Shown here piece by piece: positions 38,715-52,038 of a DNA stretch of 56,083 nucleotides. This DNA is from Octopus bimaculoides (taxonomy: Eukaryota), in NCBI RefSeq assembly GCF_001194135.2, contig NC_068983.1, positions 102,385,033-102,441,115 of the forward strand, in the 5' to 3' direction. The notes beneath the pieces are model-generated. The model ran no database searches and was not told the origin of the DNA. It worked only from the letters and a program-made list of their open reading frames with translations. The position numbers were made by a program, and so were the translations under genes. Within the stretch, counting starts at the first letter, position 1, and each line of letters opens with the position of its first letter.

Positions 38715-39130
38715 ACTTTGATTTGACTAGATTGTCCACCAGATTGGTAGGTGAATAGGTGGCTGATAGGTTTCCTAAAGTTAGTATTACAAACCATAAG
38801 ATCATTTGCATTGCAGAACTCCAGCAGCCTGGTTCCCTCTTCATTGTGGGAACCAAAACCATAGCCTCCATGTATACCATGGAAGTCCCCTGCATGTTGT
38901 CCAACATGCCCATTGAAGTCGCCAGCTATAAAGAGAAGGTCCCTGTCATTCGTCAACAAGGTAGTCTGCGAGAGAGTGTCATAAAATCGGTCTTTCTGTT
39001 CATGCCCGGCTGAGGGGCATAGACCAAGATAATGGCTGCTAAACCATGTTGCAGCACTAATCTAATCTTAAGTATTCTGTCACAGATTCTAACTACCTTG
39101 ATTACCTTATCAACCCATTTCTCCACACAC
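38715..39130 (-). mobile_element. RTE-clade LINE apurinic endonuclease fragment
   Basis: DRILKIRL..VYAPQ..IAGDFNGHVG..GGYGFGSHNEEGTRLLEFCNANDLMVCNTNFRK. Confidence 0.9.
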
Positions 39131-39134
39131 GACA

Positions 39135-39285
39135 AGCTTCTTTCAGTTTCTGTCTACCAAATTCACTCACAAGGCTTTGGTCAGCCTGAGGCTATAGTAG
39201 AAGACACTTGCCTAAGGTGCCAAACAGTGGGACTGAACCTGGAACCATGTGGTTGGTAAGCAAGCTACTTACCTTACAGCTACTT
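39135..39285 (-). mobile_element. SINE family A 5' half, abutting the RTE fragment
   Basis: cttctttcagtttctgtctaccaaattcactcacaaggctttgg...aagcaagctacttacc. Confidence 0.8.
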
Positions 39286-39292
39286 CTGTATG

Positions 39293-39326
<34 letters not shown>

Positions 39327-39519
39327 TGTATGTATGTATGTATGTAGTCCAGAAAGAGTGCGGAGTAGTCGAATAATAACAAAATAGTAGATAGGAGACA
39401 AGTATTAGGAAGATGATGGATGCTGAAAAATTGCAAGAGAGTGGGAGGAGAATGAGAGACATGTAGTGACATAAACTGAGCTCTACATACATATATTTAG
39501 GTACACATATATGTACATA

Positions 39520-39830
39520 TGCAGGCTGTTCAAATAGTCTCTCCACAGTGAATTTTTCAGTGAATAGATTATTTCGAAGGGACTTTGGCCACCAAGATCA
39601 CCTGATTTAACACTGCCAGACATCTTTTTTCTGGGGAGCAAGTAAAAGATCAGTGTACAAGAATCGCCTGAAAACCGTTAATGAGCTAAAATACGCAATT
39701 ATAACCTTCACACGGTCCATACTGTGTCAGACTCTCCAAGATGTATTTCAAACCATATGAAGAAGAGTCAACTTATGCATTGAAAATGAAGGACGACACT
39801 TTCAACACCTCTTATAAAGTTTTTTAAAGT
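39520..39830 (+). mobile_element. Tc1-like transposase C-terminal remnant
   Basis: Degenerate WPPRSPDL-like segment (tggccaccaagatcacctgatttaaca) and G.HFQHLL-like end (gaaggacgacactttcaacacctcttataa). Confidence 0.6.
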
Positions 39831-39945
39831 CTTGTAAAGTCTAATATATTCTTTTGTAGTCTTATACCATCTTATAAATATTTATTTTGCAATAAAATAC
39901 ATATATATATATATATATGGATATATACATACGTGTACATGTACC

Positions 39946-39998
<53 letters not shown>

Positions 39999-40429
39999 AC
40001 ACACACACACACACAGAGATACACACATGTTCGCTTATGCACACAAACATGTAATCTATGAACAATCACTCTATGTCCCATTGGAGTTTATAATAAATGG
40101 GTATACTCCAATACTGCATACAAATATTTAATTTATTGTGATGAATATGTATAAGAAATGAAAAATAATGGAGTATAATTTCCTTTCTTTCATCTGCTAC
40201 TGAATTTATTGCTATAATTCTTTGTTTTAGACATGAATTTTCTTTTAGACATGTGATTTTTATTAAGTTGTTCACTGCTATGTCTGTAAACTGTTATTTA
40301 TACATTGTGCTTTTCAGAATGAGGTATTATTTGACATTAGATTAATTGGATGTTTACTGTAATTCCAAACGTTCAATTTATTACTTGGAATTCTAAATGA
40401 GTGGGTACCACAAGCAGTAAAAGTGCTAA

Positions 40430-40790
40430 GATAAAGAGAAGAATAATAAGATTGGAAGAAAAATTAGCAATAATTAGAAAACATGAAAGAGTTTTTACTA
40501 AATCTGAAGTAGGCCAGGACCATTATTAGTGAATCAACAGTGCAAAACATTATTCAAATACAAACTTTATAAAGAACAAGTTTAAAGTACTGCTTTGTCA
40601 TTGAATTTGCAAACAAGAAACAAGTGATGCAATGATTAGAATGTAATATCTCTTGCCAATTTAAATTGAAGATTGCAATCAAAAGCATATTCCCCCAAGT
40701 TAAATGGTCATATAAACAAAATCTGTGCATCTGTTTGCAGCAGTCAGAGAAAAAGGAGAGGAAAAACTGAAAAGAGGAAACAACAAGATA
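40430..40790 (+). mobile_element. Tigger/pogo (CENP-B-type HTH) transposase remnant
   Basis: RRIIRLEEKLAIIRKHE...SESTVQNII...IEDCNQKHIPPS. Confidence 0.6.
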
Positions 40791-42250
40791 TTGCCTAGAA
40801 GAGATAAATGTTCAACAGATTTTTTTTAAATGAACTAAAACTCAGTGTCAGTATTATAATTGAAAAATTTATAGATGTTATGTTGATGAACAAATAATGA
40901 ATTTTGAAACAGGATAGTTTTGGAAATGAATGCTTAATAAAACTTACTTGACAATGAAAGAAAAATTGCAGTCTGAGTTTAAAGAGGCAATTGATCATTT
41001 AACACCTTTATTGGGTCAAAATATAATTTGAAAACAAAATTTACATTATTTTATGAATCAGAAAGATCCATGGGCTCTTAAAATGTCCAGCAGATATTAG
41101 ATATTCTCTAACGTTTTCTCTTTTTTTTTTTTTGGTTCTAATAAACTGGTAAAAGGATTTACAAAATATGTTGCGTACTCTGGAGTATGAAAGATAATCA
41201 TTTCGTAATAAATCATAGTGGGATTTGGTATTTGAATTTTAGATCACACATGCAGACATACAGAATCAATAAATTGCTAAACTACTAAGGCTATTATTAA
41301 ACTTAATCTTAGATATACTTTAATCAAATTGTTTCCTTTCTTAAGGTTGATTAAAATGGTTGGTTCCATTGGTTCTTAGTTTTGATTTTTATACTGCTGA
41401 AAGTGCAGATTCTTGNNNNNNNNNNNNNNNNNNNNNNNNNNNNNNNNNNNNNNNNNNNNNNNNNNNNNNNNNNNNNNNNNNNNNNNNNNNNNNNNNNNNN
41501 NNNNNNNNNNNNNNNNNNNNNNNNNNNNNNNNNNNNNNNNNNNNNNNNNNNNNNNNNNNNNNNNNNNNNNNNNNNNNNNNNNNNNNNNNNNNNNNNNNNN
41601 NNNNNNNNNNNNNNNNNNNNNNNNNNNNNNNNNNNNNNNNNNNNNNNNNNNNNNNNNNNNNNNCATCATCATCATCATCATCATCATCATCATTGCTGGC
41701 ATCAATATCAACTTTAAAATCAACATCATATCAACATGACCATCCTCCTCCTCTTCACCACCAAAAACCACCACCACCACCACCACCACCATCATCATCT
41801 ATTCATATTCATTGCATTTGCCACTACTACCATCATCAATAGTATTATTTTACAATTCTGCTAGTTCTTCTGCTAATGCTTCATATTTTGATTGGTTGTT
41901 GGAGTCTCTCACACAAGATACATCACTAATATCACCTCCGGTCTTTGTGATGTGTTCAGTGTTAGTTATCCAATACTCTTTAAGTCATTGATCACAGTCA
42001 AACTAACCATTATCAACTATTTATCTTGATGCCATCCACATAATAATTACACAGTTATGTAGCTGAAAATATATTTGTAATGGTTGCAAAATTCATTGGT
42101 CAAAATATATATATTAATATAGGAAATAAAAATGTTTCTTTCATTGGCAAATATTGGAAACAACTATGGATATATAGCTTCTCTTTAATTTGTGATATTG
42201 TTAGAAAATAAAGCTTTAAGTATAAAATAATGAGTTTATTGACATGGACC

Positions 42251-42797
42251 ACATGGTGTTATCAAAGTGTTCCTGGACTAGTTCTGTAGCACACCAACAT
42301 ATAGTTGTACACGGTTGCAAGCATAATGAGAGCTAGCAGTGATCCTCACAAGGCAGCGTGCCAAATGACATAGCTGTGTTTACTTCGCAAGTTGTGAAAT
42401 TTATGTTTTTGTGATCATGTGTATGCTGTAGTCTGCAATTTTGTCATGGACTGGAAGTTGGAACAAAGAGCCAACGTGAAATTTTGTTTTAAACTTGAAA
42501 AGTCTGCCACAGAGACATTGAGCATGTTTTGGCAAGCTTACGGCGATGAGGCAGTGATTCATATGTAATGTTTCAAGTGACACAGGCACTTCGAAATTGG
42601 AAAAACATCTCTGGAACATGATGAGCAATCTGGAAGACCTGTCACAAGTGTCATCCCCAGAAATGTGGAGAAAATTCATCAGCTTGTGCATGAGGATCAT
42701 CGGAGGACAATCAATGACATTGCTGATGTTGTTGGTCTGTCGTATGGGTCTGTGCAGGCAATCCTAATGTCTGAATTGAGCATGTGGTGTGTCTCTT
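42251..42797 (+). mobile_element. Mariner 5' fragment (TIR plus HTH region), same family as 20256-21610
   Basis: EQRANVKFCFKLEKSATETLSMFWQAYGDEA...SGRPVTS...VHEDHRRTINDIADVVGLSYGSVQAIL. Confidence 0.85.
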
Positions 42798-43764
42798 AAT
42801 CTCTATTGCTGTCCATAACTTGCTCTCTCCAACCATAGCCCATCTTTATTGCTACCCAGTCACACTGCTCATGCTGTTTCTTACTGAGTCTCCTTACCAA
42901 CAACCAGCATGAAGCAATCATTCTCTCTTTTTTTATTACTCTTTTACCTACCAGTCTATTGCTCTGTTTTCTCCATCACACTCATATTCATACTCTCACC
43001 TCTTTTACTACTTGATCTCTTCTGTTCATACATTTAACTATGTTTACCTTGTAAAAAAAAAAAAAATAGAGGCCATAGAGAAGAGAGAACATGCAGTGAT
43101 ATCTTTAGTGTTGGTGCTATGATAAAATTCATCAAGTGCACTCTGCAGATTAGCAAATGATCAGAGATAATGAAGGGTAGAGAAAACTCTTTAATCTCAT
43201 TGAGCACATGATAATATCTTTATTGCTACTGCTACAGTACAATCCAGTGAAATAGGAAATGTTTCACATCCAGTGAAATAGGAAATATTAGGAATGACAT
43301 CAGCCATAGAAACCATCATCAGAATAGCAGTGAGATATAGCCCTCTAACTTTTCTAGGAGGATGATAAGTCTAAATAAGAACTGTATTATCCTACATTCG
43401 GTTATTACAACCGCTAACTCTGTTTATACTGTATATGTATGTATGTATGTATGTATGAAGGGGTGGGGTGCATAAATGATGACATTTCCACATTTTCAGA
43501 TGAGACTGTCAGAGCAAAAAGCAGTAATGTCACACTTACATTCTATGTGAACAATATGTACTGTAAGTCTGTGCTTTCAAAGTGCAGTGGAATAAAAAGC
43601 AATCTCCAGCTTAGAAAACAATTAAGAATCAGGAACAGGGAAGTTACCTAACCATAAAAATACCGTCCCAATTAAGAATCCAAACCAATCATGCCAGCAT
43701 AGAAAAGCAGGTGTAAAATAAATGAATATTACAGTGAAATTTTTTCAAAGTCTATTGTATTGGT

Positions 43765-43925
43765 GCAGGCATGGGTGTGTGGTTGAGAAGCCTGTTTTTG
43801 AACCATGTGGTCTTGGGTCCAGTCCTACTGCATAGCACCTTGGCCAAGTATCTCTTCTGTAGCCCCAGACCAACCAAAGCCTTGTGTGGATTTCACTTAT
43901 GGAAAAAGTGGAAGTGGCTTGTTGC
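43765..43925 (+). mobile_element. SINE family A 5' half, followed by a long (GT)n tract (43951-44034)
   Basis: gcaggcatgggtgtgtggttgagaag...gaccaaccaaagccttgtgtggattt. Confidence 0.7.
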
Positions 43926-43945
43926 ATATATGTGTATGTGTGTAC

Positions 43946-44035
<90 letters not shown>

Positions 44036-44139
44036 TGTACACTAATATCTTGCCTTGTTTTAGAGTTTCTCTTGGTTTTTCTTAGATATATATATATATA
44101 GGGCCTCTTTCAAACAAGGTTAACTATGCATCTGCACAT

Positions 44140-44361
44140 GCATGAACATGTGCTGAAAAATTCCTGGCTTTGAGTAAAACAAAATACAGGAACATCAGTT
44201 AATTATGATTTTATTCAATATATTCCCCTCTCAGATTCACACATTTATTGCAGTGGTCCTTCAGTTTTTCTAAGTCCTGTAAAAGAACTTGGAAGTTTAG
44301 GTCTCCAGCCAGGCCTTTCATGATACCCTCGAAGCCAGGAACTTTAAAGCATCCCCTCATA
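44140..44361. mobile_element. Mariner-type MITE
   Basis: Imperfect TIRs gtgctgaaaaattcctggctt / aagccaggaactttaaagcatcccctca|ta. Confidence 0.6.
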
Positions 44362-44962
44362 TCTGCAGGTCTGGCTAATATTTTTATTTTTATTTCATTT
44401 TGTTCTTTTGTGGAAGTCTGGTAGTTACTGATGTATGCATGTCTCCCCTTTTCACAACACTACTGTTTAACCAAAGGAAAAGCTGCCAGTTAGGGTTTAT
44501 GCAGCTTGGCAGCTATCAGAATGCTAAGAACTAGAGAAAATCCCTCAAGACATCTTACTTACCTTCTAACAATTTTACCAATTCTTTGCTTGGATTGGAG
44601 GTTTTCCTTTTTTATCTATTCTGAAAGGATGAGAAGTAAAATTGACCTCTGTAAGATTCAAAGTCAATACGCAGAGGATCAGAACAAATACTGCAAGGCA
44701 TTTTATTCAACACTCAACTGATTCTGCAAACACATGCATGAACACACATGCATGCACACACATGCATGCACACACATGCATGCACACACACACACACACA
44801 CACACAGAGAAAATCTGCGATATGTAATTGTCTCGACACTGTGGGAATGAAACAGAAAAAAGTTATGTTGACAATAATGTGAATGAATGATGATGATATT
44901 TATGACAGAAGTTGTGGCTGTGATACTATTTAGTCTTAGAACTTTCCAGCTATGATCTCGGG

Positions 44963-45120
44963 TGCAGGTATGGCTGTGTGGCAAGAAACTTGCTTCTTAA
45001 CTTTATGGTTCTGGGTTCAGTTCCACTGTGTGACACCTTGGACAAATGTCTTCTACTATAGCCTTGGGTTGACCAAAACCTTGCGAGTGGATTTGGTGGA
45101 TGGAAACTGAAAGAAGCCTG

Positions 45121-45159
<39 letters not shown>

Positions 45160-45217
45160 NNNNNNNNNNNNNNNNNNNNNNNNNNNNNNNNNNNNNNNNN
45201 NNNNNNNNNNNNNNNNN

Positions 45218-45273
<56 letters not shown>

Positions 45274-46022
45274 GGAGAAGCCCATCATATGAGGGTACTT
45301 ATGGCAGTAAGAAATTAAGGAATAAGGGAAACATTTAGTAATATTTATTTATGACCACCAGCTAGTTCTGAACTGTCAACTCACAATGATCTTGATTCTC
45401 AATAAACGCAGTCTACTAACCTTAGATCTTTTGCTGATGATAAAAAGATAGATAAAAAAATTAGAAATGAGTTACAATCCTATGACCCCCCCCCCCATTG
45501 TGTTCCATTCCATGCCACTCCAAAAATTGTAGTTGTTCTTCTCTTAGCTTATTCTTCCTGCAATAGTGGCAACATGAAATTCTTTCATCCTCTAGCTCTG
45601 ATAAAATAGTTGAGAAAAATTATGTTAATATATCTTGTCTGTTGAAAATCCATATTTCTTGCAACTGAAGATAGCACTGTATTTAAATTGATGTAATGCT
45701 TGCATTGTTCAATTAAATGGAGCTGCTTGAAATAGTCATATTGCACTAATACTTGGAATCCTGTTATTTTTTATGTGTGTGTGTGTGTGTGTGTGTGTGT
45801 ATTTATGTGTGTGTCTTTGTGTCTGTGTTTGAACAAGCCTCCCATCATTGTTCAATAACTGATTTTGGCGTGTATATGTCCCCATAACTTAATGGTTCGG
45901 CAAAAAGGACTGATAAAATAAGTACTAGGCTTACAAAGAATAAGTCCTGGAGTCAAATTCTTCATCTAAATGCAGTGTTCCAGCATGGCTACAGTGAAAT
46001 AACTGAAACAAGTAAAAGAATA
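44963..46022 (+). mobile_element. SINE family A halves (44963-45125 and about 45805-46022) separated by a gap and other sequence
   Basis: Head and tail motifs of the family; the intervening sequence includes (TA)n, (GA)n and unique DNA. The halves may belong to two copies. Confidence 0.65.
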
Positions 46023-46600
46023 GGTATATCTGAGATTATATTATTTAATGTGCTCACCCCTTTCTTTTTCAAGACTGTAAAGTACGATTTGAGGAAGAAT
46101 TCACTGCTATTTCTTGCAGGTCAAGCAACTGCATAAAGGTTCTCTCGTTGATTCATTGGTGATACTGGTGATGATGTTGATGGGAGCAAAGATGATAAAG
46201 AAGATGATGGTGCAATGGCAGTAGTGGTATTGGTGGTGGCGATGATGATGGCAATAGCGATGACGACAACAATGATGACAACAAAAACGAGGATGGTGAT
46301 TACAAAATAAATTGTTGTTTTGTTAAATAAAATAAGATCAGAGATTGCAAAACCACCAATAAAAATAGTTTCTGGTTTGTCTGTTAGGAAAATTAAAGTG
46401 TTACTTAGCACAGTGTTGGTGGTGGTGGTGGTCGTCGTCGTCATCATTGTTGTTGACGTCATGGCGGCGGCAGCAATTGTGGTACAGTGGAGGTGATAGT
46501 AATGTATGTGGGGAAGGGTTGGTGGTGGTGACAGTAAGTGTATGTGAGTGGAGTAAATCAATACAGAGGAGAAACAGAATAAAGAATCTGGAATTTTTTG

Positions 46601-46692
46601 TTGTTTTGTTTTTTGTGTTGTTTTGTTTTTTGTGTTGTTTTGTTTTTTGTGTTGTTTTGTTTTTTGTGTTGTTTTGTTTTTTGTGTTGTTTT
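46601..46692. repeat. Perfect 17-bp tandem repeat (ttgttttgttttttgtg) x5.4
   Basis: Units counted directly. Confidence 0.95.
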
Positions 46693-46951
46693 AGAGGAAT
46701 TGTTGTCTGAAAGTCATTGCTTAACTGGCTAGCTATAAATAAGATTAGTGAGGAAATGAGAGAGAGAGAAATGGCAATAAAAAGATGCTGCCATGGTTCG
46801 TTATTTGCAATATAATTTATAGCATATGGAGAAGGATTGGATCATAGCATAAGGGAAATATATCTGTTTTAATTTTATAACCACTCATGGTGTATCTGGT
46901 ATCTTCATGTCCCTGAAGGGCTAACTGCAGCCAACAATTGGAAGTACTTAA

Positions 46952-47487
46952 CCCTTTAGCATTTAAACCGGCCATATCCAGCCAAAAAATATTCTACTTG
47001 TTTTATGTTCAAACTGACCAGATCCAGCCTTTTGCACCTACCTACAATGTCATTCTAAGAATAGAACATCATTGATATCTATGAAATGATACATGATTAA
47101 TTAAAAAAAATGTGAATGTGAATTGATAATTATTACATTTGTCAGAAGTGAAGGTGTGTAGCTTAGTATTTGGCATGTAGTTGTAAGGTCATGAGTTCGA
47201 TTCCTGGCAACGTGTTGTGCCCTTGAGCAAGACACTTATCTCACATTCCACACAACTGGCAAAAAGGAGTAGTACATGTATTCCAAAGGACCAGCCTTGT
47301 CACATTCTGCGTCATGCTGTATCTCTCTGAGAGCTACATTAAGGGTACACATCTGTGGAGTACTCAACCACTTGCACATTAATTTCATGAGCAGGCTGTC
47401 CTGTTGATCAGATCGACTGGAACCTTCGTTGCCTTTAACCAATGGAGTGCCAGTTACATTTGTCAGAGTAATCTGAATGCTAAAGGG
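46952..47487. mobile_element. piggyBac-type MITE with nested SINE
   Basis: TTAA at 46948-51 and 47488-91; TIRs ccctttagcatt/aatgctaaaggg. Confidence 0.88.
47147..47453 (+). mobile_element. tRNA-derived SINE nested in MITE
   Basis: 14-bp TSD ttacatttgtcaga at 47133-47146 and 47454-47467. B-box-like gagttcgattcc. 3' body shared with 770-1158. Confidence 0.85.
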
Positions 47488-47987
47488 TTAAAGGATATCG
47501 ATTTAAAGTTTAGTTATAGAATGACTCAAAGAGTGGCTCACACTTCCTTGTTCCTTGCCAACTCTCTCTGGTAATAAATGCCCCTGGCTCTTCTAATACT
47601 GCCCTTGGCCCAAACAGCCACCTCAGGCACCAACACCCTTCACACCTACCAGGATGAAGAGGATCAATTACTTGTTGCAGATTAACTACTCAGATATGAG
47701 TTAATGTCATCGACAATAAAATAGCTACTGAAATACTTATAGCATAAGACTTAATCCAGAGGCTAGTTCAACCCTTTAGCATTTAAACCAGCCATATCTG
47801 GCCAAAACATTCTGTTATACTCCAATCACTCATCTGGCTCACAGCCACTTTCTTCAGTTCTACCCCGTCTCTCAGCTGAGTGATTTTTGTCTTGCAAGCC
47901 GCCAGTGCCATGCGAAAAGCACCTGTGCTGGTGCTACATAAGATGCACCCATACTGATATCACATAAAAGTACCTGTGCTGGTTAAA

Positions 47988-48511
47988 CCCTTTAGCATTT
48001 AAACCAGTCATATCTGGCCTAAACATTCATTCTGCTTATATTCAAGCCAGTCAGATCTGGCCTACAATGTCATTCTAAAAATAAACAACCACATCATTAA
48101 AATCTCAAAGCTATGCGATAAGCCTTCATTAATTCAAAACAATGTGAATAGATAAGTTTGACATTAGACAGAATGAGGGTATGTGCCCTGGTGGTTAGGG
48201 TGTTGCACTCATAATCATAAGATCATGGTTTCAATTCCTTGACTGGGTGGTTCATTGTGTTCTTGAGCAAAACACTTCGTCTCATGTTGCTCTGCAATGA
48301 ATTTGACATCTGACATAGTGCACATTGTGCACCTGTTCAAGCAACATCAATTTGATGGAGGGAGTGAGCTAATGGGCAGCACAAACATTTGGTCATTATA
48401 AACAAATCATTTGTGCAGGTTTTCAGCAAGAAATTGCAGAACTGTCTTTCTTGAGCTTGAGTAACTATCATTATATATTACATTTGACAAAGTGATCTGA
48501 ATGCTAAAGGG
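47988..48511. mobile_element. piggyBac-type MITE with a different nested SINE (about 48173-48478)
   Basis: TIRs ccctttagcatt/aatgctaaaggg|ttaa. SINE head gtggttagggtgttgcactc..ggtttcaattcc. Degenerate TSD acattagacaga/acatttgacaaa. Confidence 0.8.
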
Positions 48512-49094
48512 TTAACATCCCCACCAGGCAGCCTTGGAGCCTTTAGCAGAGTCCACTCTGATGCAAACACTTAGACCAGGTGTGCATTTTGATATGGCAT
48601 CTTTCCACCCTCCCATCAGGCTTGGAAGCCCTATAAAAAATTATAGGCTCTGCCTTTCCTCCTCATTAACAGATATGTGTATGTATGTATGTATATATAT
48701 ATATATATATATAAATTTAAAAATACACGTACAAGTGATGCATAAACACCTTCATTTACATGCTTACATGCACAAACATACAAATACACCTAACATATAT
48801 ATATATTTTTTTGATTCTATGCAAAAAAATAAATCATGTGACTACTATTAATCAACCACAGAGATTTATTTGACCAACAACAAATGAAATAGGATAGTTT
48901 TGAAGACCAACAGGATATCAATCTGCTGAAGAACAAAACGTTTTATTTTAATTGCCTGAGCGAATACAATAAAGAGAAGGATCAGTTAATTTATTATCAA
49001 CTGGACAGAGATAAACTAATTGTTCTATTGTACTGATTTACTCACCATGGACTGAGGTACAAGCTCTGATATAGATTTCTATAATAGACCATTA

Positions 49095-49400
49095 TTCTGC
49101 ATTTCACTCAGTCTTTATCAATATAGAAAAAGAGAAAGATAATATTTGAATTATCTGTTTGGTTTTGAGCATTTTTGTTTTCTTTTAGTGTTCTCTAATA
49201 GCAATATTTGGAGTCCATTTATCCATTACCCTCAATATTTAATCAATAGACAGGACACACACATCCAATATAGACATTTCTTTGGAAAACTGAAAACAGA
49301 GATATATTGGAACTAGATCTGAAAAAAAGCAAGTAAGTTTTGCTGGAGGATGCATTAGGTCAATAAAATATTCTTGATGTGGTTGTTAACGAAAAAAAAA
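49095..49400 (+). repeat. Diverged direct duplicate of about 53150-53470
   Basis: Shared blocks catttcactcagtc, gataatatttgaattatctgtttggttttgagca, taatcaatagaca, atccaatat, tgctgga. Confidence 0.75.
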
Positions 49401-49729
49401 ATCAAAAGAAAAAAACAAAAAGAAAGTAAGAAAAGAGAAAGGGAAGATCATCAAGTACACCTAAAAATTGTATTAAACATGTAAAACATTTTCTGCAACT
49501 ACGACAAGGCACTAAAATTAAATGTCATCTTTTCCATGTAATGATATATGTAATATATATTGCATTAAAGATATTAACTGCACTCCTATTTAATATTAAC
49601 TGCACTTGTCTTAACTACACATAACAGCAAAAATATTGCATTTTATTTTGCAAACTGATGTATTCAGACTAGAGTTCTTATTTTTGTTGTTATAGTCACA
49701 ACTTTTCAACCATTATACTCTTTGACCTT

Positions 49730-50050
49730 CTTCATGTGCCATGACATCTCTGTCCCTCTGTTATACTCCAACCACTCATCTGGCTCACAGTCACTTTTCT
49801 CAGTTCTATTCTCTCTTTCAGCTGAGAGGTTTTTGTCTTGCAAGCCACTGATGCCACACAAAAAGAACCTATGCTGGTGCCACATAAAAGCACTCAGTAC
49901 ACTCCGTAAAAATGGTTGGCATTAGGAAGGGCATCAAGCCATAGAAAACCATGCCAGAACAGACAAATGGATGCTCTCTGGCTTGCCAGCTCCTGTCAAA
50001 ACGTCTAACCCATGCCAGAATGGAAAACAGACATAAAATGATGATGATCT
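49730..50050 (-). mobile_element. Dispersed repeat family C
   Basis: Family core ggttggcattaggaagggcatc; the left part is also similar to 47820-47910. Confidence 0.7.
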
Positions 50051-50199
50051 TGAAACTTTGAATTGAACTCTTTATTAAATCCAAGGGGGTGTAGACACTA
50101 ATATAAGGATATCAATGTATAATAATGTCTCAGAATTCCAGACACAACACTTGTTATTCAATTAATAAGAATTTCAATTGTTGTATCAAAGAGAACTTG

Positions 50200-51245
50200 G
50201 AAAAGTGTATAAACTTAATCAGTAGGTCTCTCATCATCTGATTGATTCTTAGCTTAATCAATGAGTTGCACTTTGCTTGTCATTGAAGAGTAGACTTGTT
50301 ACCAAACTTTCCTACTAGGAAAAGTAGATCCTCTGTAGTCATATCCAACAAAAACAACAATGGTTAGCATCCAATGACAAAGGAGAACCACGAAACACCT
50401 GAAAAAAGTTATGCATTGTGTTTGGTGAAATATAAAGGATGTCATCTATTGTGAAGTGTTAAACCAAAACATAACAGTTAATAGTAAAGATTGTTTGCCA
50501 ACATAACATGGCAGTCCTAGTTTAGGACGAATGTTGCTGTAATTTAGTCTCAGGAGACATCATCTCCAGCTGGCTATATGACACGATCTGTGTCCTTATA
50601 TTTTTGAACAAGAGAATCTAGCACCCCTACTCTCCTGGGGCTAAATTACAGCAACATTCATCCTAAACTAGGACTGCCATGTTATGTTAGCAAACAATCT
50701 TTACTACAAAGTACTATTGCTGAATATCTTTCATTGTGAGATTTAAAAATAGTAATTTTCTAATAATGGTTGATGTTGAGAACTACAGTTGTCAGCTGAA
50801 AGTATTTCCCAATGAATTGCAGAAAGAGTGTCCATCATTGGTCATTTGTAAAGGAATGCTGCTCTCACATGATAATGCAAGACCATATATTACTCAAGTC
50901 ACTCAAGAAAAGATTATAGTACTAAACATAGAAAATTTTGCTTCACTGTCCTTACTCTCCTGATCTTGTTCCATCTCACTATCATCTTTACAGATCATTG
51001 CAAAATTATTTTGAGAGAAAACAGTTTATTAATTGTGAAGAGGTTTAAAATGATATTGAGTGCTCCTTCACTTTGAAACATGAATAATTTTACAACTGTG
51101 GGGTCAACAATTTGCCAAATAAATGGGATTATATTATAAATAATGCAAAGAAATATTATCTTGGTTAAATATACGAATTAAGACCAAAGAAGCATTAGTT
51201 TTTTTCCCATCTTGAGATGCAGCAGGAATTTCTTTCCAACCTAAT
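50200..51245 (+). mobile_element. Degenerate mariner transposase (DD34D region) with 3' TIR
   Basis: KKVMHCVW*NIKDVIYCEVLNQNITV; LLSHDNARP; PYSPDL-like ccttactctcctgatcttgttcca; ends ccaacctaata. Confidence 0.75.
50482..50706. mobile_element. Fold-back element (76-bp arms, 72/76) inserted at TA in the mariner remnant; ribozyme-less relative of 6443-6787
   Basis: Arms 50482-50557 and 50631-50706. Shares ccccaggag, ccagctgg and a gacac..gtgtc hairpin with the 6.5-kb element. Confidence 0.8.
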
Positions 51246-51964
51246 ATTGTTTATATTTAGTTTCTGGTAAAAATACATAATCCTTGTTTAGATGTATGTT
51301 GAATGTGGTATGCTAGTATATATAAGTCACATGTAAGCTAAAGTGGTCTTACAGTTGACTAGACAGCAGTATGATTGAGAAGCTCATTCTCAATCTGCTG
51401 ATTGGTAAAGTTAACCACAAGTGCCACTCAACAAAACCCTTTGGGTCTGAACATGTAATTCTGTTTACTTCACATATGATAAACATATTGTATTGGCATG
51501 TGTAGAAAAAACACAGGCATATGTATAAATACACATACATGTCTATATATATGCCTACACATATGTATACATACATATACATACATATCAGCATGTATAC
51601 ATTCATTTATAAATACACACATACATAAATACACATATAAATACATAGCTATAGGCATACATGCATACAGATAGATAGACTACAGACATACATACATGCA
51701 TACATACAATCAAGTATACACACCCAGAGAAAAATTACATCAAGCATAGCATGGATAATGGGGTAAAAATGTCTTACATATACATTTTCCTAGTCTCAAT
51801 GTGAAGGAATTTTAACCTGAAATATTAAAAAATATTGCATGATACCAGAATCAAAGGACAGTTAACATCACACTTGTTGACTGCAAAATAACTGACCTCC
51901 TCAGGCCTCTAATTATATAATCTTGTCTATGATCAGAGGTTTGGAAAAAAACTCTGGCAAAAAA

Positions 51965-52038
51965 ACGACACAGACGTGTGTCAATAGCCAGCTGGAGGAG
52001 ATGTTCTCCTGGGGCTAAAAGCAACAGTAACATCCACC
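51965..52038 (+). mobile_element. Short fragment of the same family, flanked by a 13-bp direct repeat
   Basis: gacacagacgtgtgtcaatagccagctggaggagatgttctcctggggctaaaagcaacagtaacatccacc; ctctggcaaaaaa at 51952-64 and 52039-51. Confidence 0.7.

Noticed and set aside
46121-46561. 146-aa Thr/Ile-rich ORF (also 30831-31277)
   Set aside because: Translation of degenerate trinucleotide and purine-rich simple repeats.
49210-49320. GPCR TM3-like string SILDVCVLSID on the minus strand
   Set aside because: Followed by a stop instead of Arg, frame not kept in the duplicate copy, and no other TM segments.
51364-51400. 37-nt hairpin cagcag..gattgaga..tctcaatc.tgctg
   Set aside because: Too short and isolated to distinguish from chance.
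51855-51905. Possible third hammerhead (minus CTGAGGA plus 9-bp stem)
   Set aside because: No GAAA after the stem, no stem I/III, and opposite orientation to the adjacent family fragment.
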